A DNA stretch of 63,997 bases, the filler included, from Streblomastix strix (lineage: Eukaryota), in the NCBI GenBank assembly GCA_008636045.1. It is 4 parts of 4 records of this genome, joined end to end, with 100 filler letters (N's around TTAATTAATTAA, not from the genome) between each part and the next. Parts side by side here need not be neighbours in the genome. Positions count along the whole stretch, not along the records: positions 48,166 to 63,997 come from SNRW01000926.1; 3 more parts are not named here. The stretch is one strand, 5' to 3'. The translations under genes were made by a program, and so were the position numbers. The notes under the pieces were generated by a model that worked only from the letters and a program-made list of their open reading frames with translations, was not told where the DNA came from and did no database searches. Below, piece by piece: positions 52,550 through 63,997 of the stretch (the first letter of the stretch is position 1; the number at the start of each line of letters is the position of its first letter).

Positions 52550-55035
52550 CTTCTGTCATTGGAATCAATGCCGTATTAAACAATGAAATATCATTTTCAA
52601 GAAAGAAGGTCATCAAATTCTCATAAAATTTTTAAGTATAACTCTAGCTTAATTCTTTAAAATTTTCAACATCTTCTTTGTTTCATTCGGTTATTTAATA
52701 AATAGCTTTAAAAGCACATAATAAATGATATATTTCATCGGTGCACAATTAAACTGGGATATCACTGTTTGTTACATAGAGTACTTTCTTTACATTCCCA
52801 ATTGTTCCTCTTGTATAATTCTTTTCGTTAGTTATAATAGCTAGATCTGAAATTAATGATTTCATTACTATTTCAATATCTTTCTTTCAGTCGCTATATT
52901 ACATCATTTCATTCATTATCGCTAATATTTAATTTTCTACAACTCAATTGAATCTTCCTGTGAACTCATCAATGTTTGTTATGTTAGCGCAGCTATACGT
53001 ATTTGTTGATTCAGTGATTGCGCAAGTTAATCTGTTTTTACTTATGCTTTGTCTACATCATAATGTAACTACTACTCTCCATTTTTTTCCAAGATTTTAT
53101 ATGATACATGCAATTCAATTAAGAATATTTTCATAAACCCATTTGTTTTCTGTAGCAATAATTTCCTTAATTAAATCTAAGCACATTTGTTAACAATAAA
53201 AACCAATTATGTCTAAATTTTTATGTTTATACCCTTGGAATTCAGTGAGCATTTTATGATCACTATTAAAAAATTTTCAGAATTTTTTTGCGAATTCTGA
53301 AGCATACATTTTGAAGACATGCTTTGCAGCTAATAATTTTATAACTATCTTCATTAGTTTTCTTTTTCGCTTGTTCAATCTTCGACTTTTAGAAATTTAT
53401 ATTAATTTTCCTCTAATTAATTATAGACTGTTCCTTCCGTCTTTTGACATAAAATTTGAGTGTCACAATTAGAATCATATCTTTTAATCGCATATAAATC
53501 TTCTATTTCATTTTCGTAAGAAACTAATAATATTTCTGAATCCATAACAATTTCCCTCTAATTTTCATATTATCCATTAGTGGCTTTCTTCGGTATAATA
53601 AATAGAATGAATTCATCAGTTAAATCAATCATATTATGCAGAAACGTCTAATTATTTAAGATTTATTTTTCCTTTTTCTTTGCATCATAATTCTTCTTGA
53701 ATAATAGTTTAATTGTTTATTCATAAAAATTTTTATTAAGATATCTTAAGATTTTTGTTAGAATCTATTGAATAGACTTGAGTTCACCACTATTAACAGC
53801 ATTTTCATAGTTCTTTTCAACATTAACGGTTAGTTTACTAAATTTGCGTATATTATTTATTCCTTCAGCTCTAATCTATTCGTTACTGATCTCATATAAT
53901 CCACTGAAAACAATTAAAAGAGATATTTCCATATTAAATTATTAAGGAAAATTGTGTATATCAAGATTCTTCATTCCATCGACACACGCTTATGCAAGTT
54001 CATCATTCATCACATTAATAGTTCCATCGTCTATAATCTACTTACCAAATTTTCGTTTTTATTTCTTATCAAGATAATCTGCAAATGGTATCTCAATATT
54101 GGCATTCCAGCTATCTAAAATATCTCTTTGATTTGCTAGATATGATTTGTTGGCCCATTCATTAGTAGCTTCATATTTAGTTGTCTCTCTTTTATTGTTT
54201 CATTTTTTTCGGAATGATGAGTTTTAACCAACTACTCGATTCTATTCATGTTCTTTTTATAACGAATCACCATTATACTCCTTGTACTGAAACATTTATA
54301 CAAATATATAAATCTGAATATTGTCTAATATTATATATTTCACACATCAAATAGAAAGAAAAGTATATCTACGTCTATTTCAATAAGCGTGCAGTAATAC
54401 AATTGCTGTTTTTACAGGATCGACGTCAACAAAATGCATATTTTCAATAGTATTTTATCTTATTTTATCAGTCTCTTCAATTGATAATTTCTTGTAAGTG
54501 TTGAAATCTATAACGTATAAATCATCAACTTCAACTGGAAATAAATCAATTAATTTTCCAGTTACTTATTTTTTCTCATCATCTTTTTAACCTATTTTAG
54601 TATAGTTCACTATATTTATCATCGTGTTTTTAGCTCTTTCACTAATAGTTTTAATTATTATATCTTGATGAAGAAATTCATCGATTTATTCCATTATTTT
54701 TATGTACTAACTTATCTCTGCTTACTCTTCTTATTTTTTCTATTTCTTTAAATTTTCTTGGGCAGCTCTTTCCAATACACGTTAAACATATTCTTTTTTT
54801 CAACATCTTTCATTGATACAACATTTTAATCTTATTCGCGTTTGATTCTCGCTATTTCTTATTTTTCTATTAATTTGTCCTTTATTTCAGCAATTTTTTT
54901 ATTTGGTTTTGATTCGGGAGTTGATTTGCGATTGTATGATCTTTTTGAGCCTTATTTTAATGAAATGTGTTTAATGTTTATGTACTCATTTGAATTTACT
55001 TCGATACTTGAGGATTCTTGGTTTGTAATTTTAGA
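52550..55035 (-). pseudogene. Inverted second copy of the primase-helicase relic
   Basis: Reverse-complement homologue of about 49248-51725. Confidence 0.8.
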
Positions 55036-55493
55036 TATGGATAAAAAGCTCAAATAGTTTCCATAATTAAATTTTTTTATTTAAATTTTTGCATATTGCA
55101 GAAGGAAGATAAAAATTCACAGGAGTTTATAGGCTTGTCTTGTCTTGACATTTGTTTCTTATTTTATTTTATCGGTCTAAATCATCTCATATAAACTATT
55201 TTTTTATTCGCATAATATTAATTATTTTCTTTAATTATTTTAATATTTTAACAAGAAACACTCTCCATCTTTGCATAACTATTAAAGCACTTCAATTTTT
55301 TCTAAATCGCGATAAAAACTTTTAATAATATGCTAATTTGAAGATATATTTTTCTAGAAAAAACATTAATATTAAAAATATTTCCTAATATACTAAAAGA
55401 AACAATTGAGTAAAGAACTTCTTCTCTTTTACAAGCATATGTTTCAATAGCTTCTGTGTCAATCCATTCTCCATCACTTCCTTTAACCATAGC

Positions 55494-55909
55494 AGTAGTA
55501 TAGTGCCGCGAATCTTGCGCTCAAAACAGTTAAATTAATTGGCTAACTTAATTAAAATTGGGCTACAAACGTGTAAAACGAGCATAAAATAGATAAATAA
55601 ACAATTAATTTGACCTATGTTTTGAATATTTCCTGAGGGAAATTATTTTATGATTATTTTTTTACATTATTTCCTGCCATGATTGCTCTAAATTAACCCT
55701 AAATTGATGAAACACGTTATTTTATGGGGAGAAATGAATCATTGTGTGTGACCCCATGCGAGAGAGGAAGAATGTGTTGGGGACAATGGTCAAATTAATT
55801 GTTTATTTATCTATTTTATGCTCGTTTTACACGTTTGTAGCCCAATTTTAATTAAGTTAGCCAATTAATTTAACTGTTTTGAGCGCAAGATTCGCGGCAC
55901 TATACTACT
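55494..55909. repeat. Terminal stem-loop with perfect 122-bp inverted repeat
   Basis: 55494-55615 (AGTAGTATAGTGCCGCG...TTGACC) is the reverse complement of 55788-55909, with a 172-bp loop. Confidence 0.95.
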
Positions 55910-55947
55910 TTTCTCCCTGTATAATAACTACTCCGAATCAAACTCTT

Positions 55948-56078
55948 AACTATTTTGAAAAATAAAAGGTTGGTGCAATCTGCCTTTTATCTGACTGAAA
56001 GTTAGAGCTTTAATTGATATTAAGATCAAACTCCAACTAATTTTGAAAAATAAAAGGTTGGTGCAATCTGCCTTTTAT
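55948..56078. repeat. Subterminal direct repeat of about 42 bp, 2 copies
   Basis: AACTA(A)TTTTGAAAAATAAAAGGTTGGTGCAATCTGCCTTTTAT at about 55948-55990 and 56035-56078. Confidence 0.85.
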
Positions 56079-56339
56079 TCCTAAAATTGATTTTTCATTT
56101 ATTTTTGTTCTATAATTATTACACTAACTCTAAGGTAGCCCTTTAGCTATCTTCTTTCGCTATCTCAATTATTTATTTTAATTATTCCATACATAATCTT
56201 CTATTAAATTATCGAAGTAAGAATCGTAATTCAATCTCAGGGTCAGATTTTGTAGCCTAGCAAACTAATAACGATAAGAATTAGCTATATACCATAAATT
56301 CCTAAACTCCTAATGGTATCATTTTATACAATCAAAAAT

Positions 56340-57596
56340 ATGAGTAAGAAGCATAAGAGTAAGAGTAAAAAATCCGATTAAGAATCAGATCTCAGTGAAG
56401 ATACAAAAATAAAGTATAATAAACATATAATTGATATTAGTAACTTACCATAGTTATCATCCTCGAAATATACTTATTCCACTAAAGATATGAGATAAGC
56501 TAGAAAACTACTTAACATATATATGAAATATCCTTAGTAAATTGATCCCCCTAGAGTATTGAAAGGAGATAAGGCCTTCAATTAACTAAGGGGTTAATTT
56601 AATGTAATTGATCCCAATTTTAATATCAGTGATGAAGGGCTTAGGGCGTTCAAAAATTCTATTACAATGTCGAGTCAAAAAGAAGCTAGTAAATTATTAT
56701 TTGGGCCAGATTGGTAATAGATAACTTAGGATTAACACCTAATGAAAAGAATAATATAGAATGATGACGCTCGATAATTATTGGACGATCAATAAGAATA
56801 AAGGGAATTAATATTAAAAGAAGCCAAGGAAAATTTCGATAGATTAGTCAAATAGAATGAAGGTATAAAAGATCCACATTTTAGCGAGCCAGAATAATCT
56901 ATTCCAGTACCAATTAATCCTAAAAGAATAGTGTATGTAGATTAAGATTCCAATATTAACGACAGATTAAATTAACCTAGTAATTAAATGGGAAGTATGG
57001 CTCAACCTACTAATCCTGATATTGAATTAATGTAGATAGGTTAAATAGCACCTAAAGAATATGTTGATATACTTTAATAATAAGATGGGGAATAAAATCC
57101 TACTACTACTTTACCGGAAGAGGACGCACTATAATAGCGATTAGGTGAACAGCCAAATTAATTTAGCGATCCAAGTAGTGGCGTATTGAGATAGTTAAGA
57201 TAAGTCTAATTGACGGCTATGAATGTAGGCGATGAGCTGAGTTAACCTTAAACTAGTTAATTTATTCGAGATCAAATGTAATAAGGTTAAGCTAAAGGTT
57301 AGATGGGAGAAGAAGTATAAGCTGCTAACGATGAAATAATATAGGGATTAAAATATGTAGTTGGTTCAACAGGTTGGGGAAAATAACCTATTAACTAATT
57401 TTTCAACTAATAACATTTTCCTGTTCGAAAATATTAATGGTACACTAATGAAGGATAAACAGTACTAAGATAGGCCTAAGTTAAATTAGATAAATAATCG
57501 TTATTAAATATGCCTAGAAAGAAAAAGAACTATATTTCACAAGGTGAATTAAACAAAACATTATAAGGTTAAAAATAATTACGAAAAAAGAAGTGA
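56340..57596 (+). CDS. Hypothetical Gln-rich viral protein, 418 aa
   Basis: Open from ATG to TGA with TAR=Gln; basic N- and C-termini. Confidence 0.7.
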
Positions 57597-57598
57597 AA

Positions 57599-57901
57599 TC
57601 AATTTTATTATTTAGTTATATATTTTTCGATTATGTTCATAATACTATTAATATCCTCCTATTCAATTATATATTTATTTAATAACTTTTGTATATCTAA
57701 TTATTTCGCTGTAACATCTGATCTAAATTATTTCACTTTATCTCTCTATCGTTATTTAAATTACTATCTTTATTCTTTAGCTCTTTATTTAGCTTCCTCA
57801 GTAGTAAAGTATTTTTTAGGCCTTCCTTTAATTTTAGTCGGAACATTATCTTAAGTTGTTTCATTAATTACTTCATCTATTACTTCTTTATTTTATTCCA
57901 T
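57599..57901 (-). CDS. Small basic protein with GRPKKY (AT-hook-like) motif, 100 aa
   Basis: MEQNKEVIDE..KGRPKKYFTTEEAKQRAKEQ..-TGA. Confidence 0.7.
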
Positions 57902-57924
57902 TGTTTGGTTTAAAAATAAAAAGT

Positions 57925-58995
57925 TCATAAAAATTATTTTTTGTATTTATCTTCTAATTAATCAAGGTCGTTAGATATAAATTTAGTATAATAACCAGGT
58001 ACTTCAACTTCAGTTATATCCTTATACGGTCTCAATAGCTTACAGATTACATTACCATGATTGTATTTAATAAAGCTAGCCAGTTCATTAAAGTTCCTAC
58101 GTTACTTATCGAATTAATGTTTCGTTTTAGCTAAATCTAAGAGTATTAGAATAATGTTACCTACTTTTAAATTTAATAATTTATCTTTTCTTTATAAATT
58201 AATTTTACCTTCTAATTCTTATTATTTTTAGCGAATATAACTACCTTCTAGATCTCTTGATTCATTAACTTATGTAGGGGTATATTTATTGTTGAAAGCA
58301 CTATGTTTGAAATTATTATACTCGTCAGCTGCTTATTAAAGTATATGATTAGATACCTATTAATTTATTAATTTATTCCTCATAGTTCTTATCACACTAT
58401 CTATAACTCTATTTTTATTCGTGAAGAGAGATTTATTATAAAAATATTATATATTATGTTTAATTAATAGATCCCTTATTTACTTACTTCCAAATGATGC
58501 CTCACCATCTGATCTAATATTTGTAACGTACTCGAATTATATTAGCTAGTCTAGAGCTGGGATTAGTGATCGTATCTCTTTTGTTCGGATTGGATAAATA
58601 ATAAGATATTTAGTATTAACGTTGATAACAAATAAGAATAGTAATTGTTTGAAGAACCCGATATCTATTTCCCATGAACCTAATTGTGGAGAAAAATACG
58701 GTCGTTAATATTTGGCTAGTGGTTTCAATTTGTAATCTTTAATTTTTTCACGAGGTTAATATTAATATTACTCCTATAATTAGTTGTTATGTTATTTTTA
58801 CTTTTTTGTATATTCGATATTTTTGGTGTTGTATTCTTCCATATATAATTTATACCACTATTCTATACTCTTACCTTAAAATTAATCTGATATATTAATG
58901 TGTTTGTTAAGCTAGTAATTAATGTTATTGATAAATTCCTTTATTATTAACTTATTTATTAACCGATTTACCTTGTCAGTAATAAATTATTCCAT
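57925..58995 (-). CDS. rve-family (Maverick/Polinton c-integrase-like) integrase, 356 aa
   Basis: RPYFSPQLGSWEIDI..INVNTKYL, IRSDGEASF, NKNRVIDSVIRTMRN and YNNFKHSA..TP motifs; uninterrupted frame. Confidence 0.9.
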
Positions 58996-59080
58996 TTAAT
59001 AAAAATAAATATGTTAGCCGAATAATTAGTTTAAAGTTTGACCGAACATTAATTTATACGCTAATCATGGTTAATTTTAT

Positions 59081-60511
59081 TCAATTATATTATAGTTCTA
59101 ATAGTAAATTATTATAAATATCCATATACTAGACAGGAACTTATCTACCGAAATTATCGAATAACTTAAATACAACTTCCTTATTTTACCCAATTACGTT
59201 TGTATGAGATAGCATATTTTATCCCCATATTACTGGTGCACCAATTAAATTCTATTTGAATACAACATTACTAAATGAATTATTATCCTACACTTCCATC
59301 GCTAGCCCTCTCTATTAATTGTTCACAGTTATTATTAACATCTGTGGATACTCCATAAAATTACCGATGAAAGGACAAAATATAGGCAGTGTTTAATGAT
59401 AGTCCTAAGTTTAATATTTAACTTTATAATACCATGTTTCCAATTACATTTATTTTACACGGTCGTTGTTATCGTATAATTAATTACTATTGGTTAATTA
59501 AATATGTAAATTTTTACTATGTTCTATTTTTTCTAATTTATTTGGTAGTTCTAACTTATCCCAATATAATTATTCTAATATCTCAGGTACAAATTAACCG
59601 TAATCATTAGCACGTTGTACACTAGTATAAATATAATCCCATTCATTAGCAGATAGAGCTGGTAGGGAAAATATTATTCTTACGGGATAAGTATTAATTT
59701 AATTTGTTATTAATTATAAATTTGGCCCCTATACATTAATTGGTTATGTTTCAACTAGTAACATAGAATCACCATTTATTTCACATTGTATTCCAAAATT
59801 ATATTTAACTCTAATGGACTTATTTTCATCGTACATATGTGGTTCAACACTAGTTATATAATTATCTGTAGTAGGGCAGTATAATTTAATTAATCCTATC
59901 ATTCGAAAGGCTACCTATAATTATTAGTTATATATCCAATAATGGTATAAGAATGAATCTAGTCGTAAATTAATATAATTAATAGCGGAAGAACAAATAT
60001 CATCACCAATATTTTAGCTTAGTGTATACTAATTTAATTATTTTTATGTATGCTCGTTTATGGCTGAATTAAAGCTGATTGGTCCCCCATTAGTTGTATC
60101 TGCTTATCTAAAATATTATTCGGTGTTATCAGCGAATTCATTAAATTAATTATTCCTTAGAGCAATAATTTGGGGATTAAATTTATATCCCTAGTGGCCT
60201 TCTTAACTAACGTAATTATTATTAATGTGTGTGTTTATCTTAATTCTGATTGGGGGAAGTTAATCAATTGCAGTTAATTTAAATTAATTATTCGGTAACT
60301 ATTCTTATACCATAACTTACTTATCTTCACTAGATCTAATATTAGGGGTTATTTCAATGTAATCATTGTTTAAATAATATGTTAAATTAATGGGAACGTT
60401 ACACATACTATTAACTTAAAATTAATTATACCCTTATGGGATAGTAGTTTACCATTAAACAAATTCCTATTCAGTTGATGATGAGAGTACTTTCATACCT
60501 TATGCGGCCAT
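59081..60511 (-). CDS. Putative minor capsid (penton-like) protein, 476 aa
   Basis: Uninterrupted ORF; the C-terminus VVFKLFDNFGRQVPV..NLLLELQY resembles the jelly-roll penton C-terminal motif. Confidence 0.55.
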
Positions 60512-60533
60512 TTTATTTACAAAAATAATTTTA

Positions 60534-61103
60534 TCAATTTTCCACTTTGAACAAACGCTTAACTCTAATGTAATGAAGCTGGTGGCCTTTACCTTTCTTG
60601 TCAGCTGCATAAACAAATAGGGCACCATTTAATTTTTTATTAACATGTAATTATTTATATTAGGAACCATTATATTTATAAAATTTATCCTTACTAGGTA
60701 CAAAATATAGATCTTAAAATTTATGTTTTCCATATTCAGTAATAGTTATTTTATCCTCAAGTAGTGAATCAATAAATATTTATTTTATTTTTGTTCTAAT
60801 TGGTTTAGTTCTATTTAAACAATTTTCACTCGCTGATAGCCAACGTAAATTAGTAAGATAATTATCCGAACGACGGTGATTGCAATGATCTACCTATTTA
60901 TTTCTATCGTCAGTTGGAATAAATTAAATAGCAACTAGTCTGTGGATACCATATGTAGTACCATTCAGACCAATTTATTAATAACCGCTTTTTTCAGTCG
61001 AGATCTTTGGTATAAATTTATCAGCTATTCTTCTAATTATCCACGGATACACGGTAGTTATCTCGTAAGTTGGCTCAACAATAAGAGTAGTAAATTATTA
61101 CAT
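60534..61103 (-). CDS. NUMOD4/HNH homing-type endonuclease, 189 aa
   Basis: YEITT..SGYQQIGL..IHRLVAIQFIP..VDHCNHRRSDNYLTNLRWLSASEN. Confidence 0.9.
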
Positions 61104-61192
61104 TTATTAACTAGATAAATAAATATAAATAAAATAAAAAAGGTTAATTGCACCAACAAAATAAATTTAAATAATTTCGGAAATTAATTTTT

Positions 61193-61780
61193 TCAATAAA
61201 TTTCGTATTAACTAAATTATTATTGCGGTTATTAACGGTATTATTATTACGGTTATTCTTATTCTTCTTCACTTACTTCTTATTCAACTTATTTTGTTTT
61301 CTATTTAATTTATTTTAAAGCTTTCAATTTATTTTTATACTTCTCATTCTATTTGATCGCTTCAACGTGCTATTATTTTATAAATTTGTTCTCAGTTCGA
61401 AGTGAAATCAACTCTTCTAAATCAAGTTGGGGATTAATATATTTAATTTAAGGTTATTTTTACACTTTCATCTTTACAGGTTAAGGTTTAATTTATTCCT
61501 ATTCTTATTCTTCTTCAATATCGTCGTCGCTTGATTCTGAATCAAACAATTTTTATTTTTATTAGCGTTAGGGGGTTCCTCTACCGACTTTGTCGGCGGC
61601 ATAAATGCTTGCCTACATCATTGATTTATTTTATTAAGCTTAAGTAATTATTTTTAACCCTTTCTTTCCATCCTCGAAGCACTTAATTTGTTTCTTATCA
61701 CGAATAAAATAGCCGCCATCAAAATATTCAGTATTTGTACCATTTTCCATCATAAATTTATATGCTTGTGACTTGTCCAT
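61193..61780 (-). CDS. Hypothetical charged/coiled-coil viral protein, 195 aa
   Basis: Open from ATG to TGA with TAR=Gln. Confidence 0.6.
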
Positions 61781-61864
61781 TTATTAATCAGAAATCTTTA
61801 TCGAATTTAAATGATACGTGGAGTTGAAAGGAATTAATTACGTCTCTCTAAAAATAAGAAGTAA

Positions 61865-62560
61865 ATGAAAGAATTAACTGACCCAAACAATTAATAAAGA
61901 TTACAATATATAGATAGTTTAATATCCAAGGCTATTGAAAGTGAATAAAATTAGCCCAACAGCTAATCAGAACGTTAATCATAACGTTAGTTCAATAAAA
62001 ATAAGTACACTGATGCCGATAGAACAACTGCTTAAGTTACCCCCATTGAATTAATTGATAAATTAGCCCAGCCAATAATAAACGAATAAATAATTTAGCC
62101 AATACTGACTTCGTCAGCGGCATAAATGCTAATTTAGCCATCAATTCAAAATGTAATCGTGGACAATCATTTGAACGCATATCTATCCCATCCTAATCTG
62201 GAGGTTATGAAGTTTGTAGTCGATTGTATATGGCGTACAGTTACACATAGAAACAAAGGTGATGATTTCATTCTATCATCGGATAATTTTATTAAATTTT
62301 GGTCTATTGTAACATAAGAGAAAGAAGATGATATAGAAATTGTGTTAGAGGAAAGTATTATTGCAACACACTCATGCCTAAGTAAATAATATAAGAAGAA
62401 AGAAATAGTTAGAGTTATTGATGTACTGATAAAAAATGTGTCGATTAATACGTAGGATAATGTACTCTGGAATAGCGTAGAAAAATTATATCGAATAAAT
62501 AAAGATCTAGTTAGATTAAGTGAAGTACCCGCTAATGATATTGACCCAACTGAATTTTGA
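61865..62560 (+). CDS. Hypothetical viral protein, 231 aa
   Basis: Open from ATG to TGA with TAR=Gln; precedes the fibre gene. Confidence 0.65.
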
Positions 62561-62595
62561 AATCAATTCATAATTTATTTTTGCAATTAAATTAA

Positions 62596-63639
62596 ATGGA
62601 TGACCTTGAACTTCCTACCTAAGAATAATTATAAACTATGAAAGATGAACTAGATAAAATAAGAGAGATCGATAACGAATAAAAATAATTCGAATTATTT
62701 CGTGAAAAATTAATTCCCTTCATTGAATAATAAATAATTAAGTATTTTACTTACTTTAGCTAATATATGAAAAATAAGGATGTTGATTTATCTAAATTAG
62801 TAACCTTAAATACACCATAAGTTATTACTGGATACAAATAATTCACACAACCAATATAAGCGGATAAATTTATCAAGACAGGTGGCACTGATAATTAATT
62901 ATTATTAGCTAATGGATCAACATCAGACATAGGTGATTTTTTACCTAAATATTATCCTCATGCGATGGGCTAATTGATTATTGAACCGAATAACGATATA
63001 CGTAATTAAGGTATAAGGATAATGAAAAATAAAAATAATTGGGATAGCTTCGTACTCACTGGATGTAACGCTGATCCAACAGATAGAGATGGGGTATGGA
63101 AAATGGGATCAACTTCATCATAATTCAGGATATAAAAATAAGAAGATGAAGCATATGATTACAAGGGATTGATTATTGATTTCGATTGTACTTCACTTAA
63201 ATTTAACAATTAACTTGTGGCGCCTATTCCTATACCCCCTGTTTAATTAGCAATTTAATATTATATAGCACTGGGAATGTATGAGTAACAAATATGGGGT
63301 TCATTAACACGATATAATGATAGGATATATATATCACTCTAAATAACACACTCTAATCCTAATACATAAACTTAGTCTACCTATACTATGTTCTCGATCA
63401 ATAATAATGATATCAAGCCTAAATTTACTGGAACAACTAGAAACCTACCTATTAACGCAGTTATGTTCGCGTAAAAAGTAATAGGCTATCCTATATGTTG
63501 GAATGGTGCTATTCCTATTGATTGTTATATCCATCCTGATGGACATGTTAGAATTAATACAATGTGTTAGCTAGTTTTACCGGACGATTTTTGTGTTTAG
63601 ATCTGTGATTCATATTCCCTACATAATTAATCAACCTGA
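62596..63639 (+). CDS. Fibre-like protein, 347 aa
   Basis: VDLSKLVTLNTPQVITGYKQF..FIKTGGTDNQLLLANG motif shared with the family A fibre; beta-rich C-terminal domain. Confidence 0.7.
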
Positions 63640-63997
63640 TAAAGTTAACCACGATAATTGTCGGAGTAGAATTTTATACCAATTATCGGGCTAATTCAGG
63701 GTCAGATAAAAGGTTAATTGCACCAACGAAATAAATTTAAAAATTATTTTAGGTTTGACCGATCATTAATTACTATACTAATTTCAGTTAATTTTAGCTA
63801 ATTCTATTCAATTTTATCTTTTTAATATATCGAATGTATTTAAACTTTTATTTATTATGATAAATTCATATTTCTACGATAGCAAAACTATATTATATAT
63901 ACTATTATATTAACAGGAACTAATATTATATCTAGATATCCCCATAATTGTTTAATCAGTGAAACATATTATATTGGTACACTAACTGATACTATTG

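Larger units (their letters stand above)
48781..55493. repeat. Diverged inverted duplication of about 3 kb
   Basis: 48781-~51725 matches the reverse complement of ~52550-55493, with scattered substitutions. Confidence 0.9.
55494..63997. mobile_element. Endogenous Polinton-like virus, family B (partial, ORFs intact)
   Basis: AGTAGT start; eight closely packed intronless ORFs ending in TGA, including an integrase, a penton-like protein, an HNH nuclease and a fibre. Confidence 0.85.

Noticed and set aside
63760..63997. Possible 3' end of a further viral gene such as a packaging ATPase
   Set aside because: Too short, with no diagnostic motif.

Overview
The window is four unrelated ~16-kb contigs (1-15956, 16057-32012, 32113-48065, 48166-63997) joined by artificial 100-nt N/TTAATTAATTAA spacers. 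They come from an AT-rich, intron-containing eukaryote that reads TAA/TAG as Gln and uses only TGA as stop, which best fits an oxymonad such as Streblomastix (inference). The supplied standard-code ORF track is therefore largely misleading. Host genes: a TmcB-like membrane protein with a C-terminal hemerythrin domain, a beta-helix surface protein, GH20 hexosaminidase, a Ser/Thr kinase, a PIWI-clade Argonaute with an intact DEDH tetrad, GH47 mannosidase, the 3' part of AsnRS, and dynein and acyl-CoA synthetase fragments. Mobile DNA: a decayed DIRS retrotransposon carrying two hAT-type MITEs, and three endogenous Polinton-like virus segments from at least two families. All three begin with AGTAGT and fold back into a terminal stem-loop. 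The first family encodes a Prim-Pol/SF3 helicase and a phage-like fibre, and its contig-1 copy also carries four iteron-containing modules arranged as inverted pairs around genes. The second family is intact-looking and encodes an rve integrase, a penton-like protein, an HNH nuclease and a fibre.
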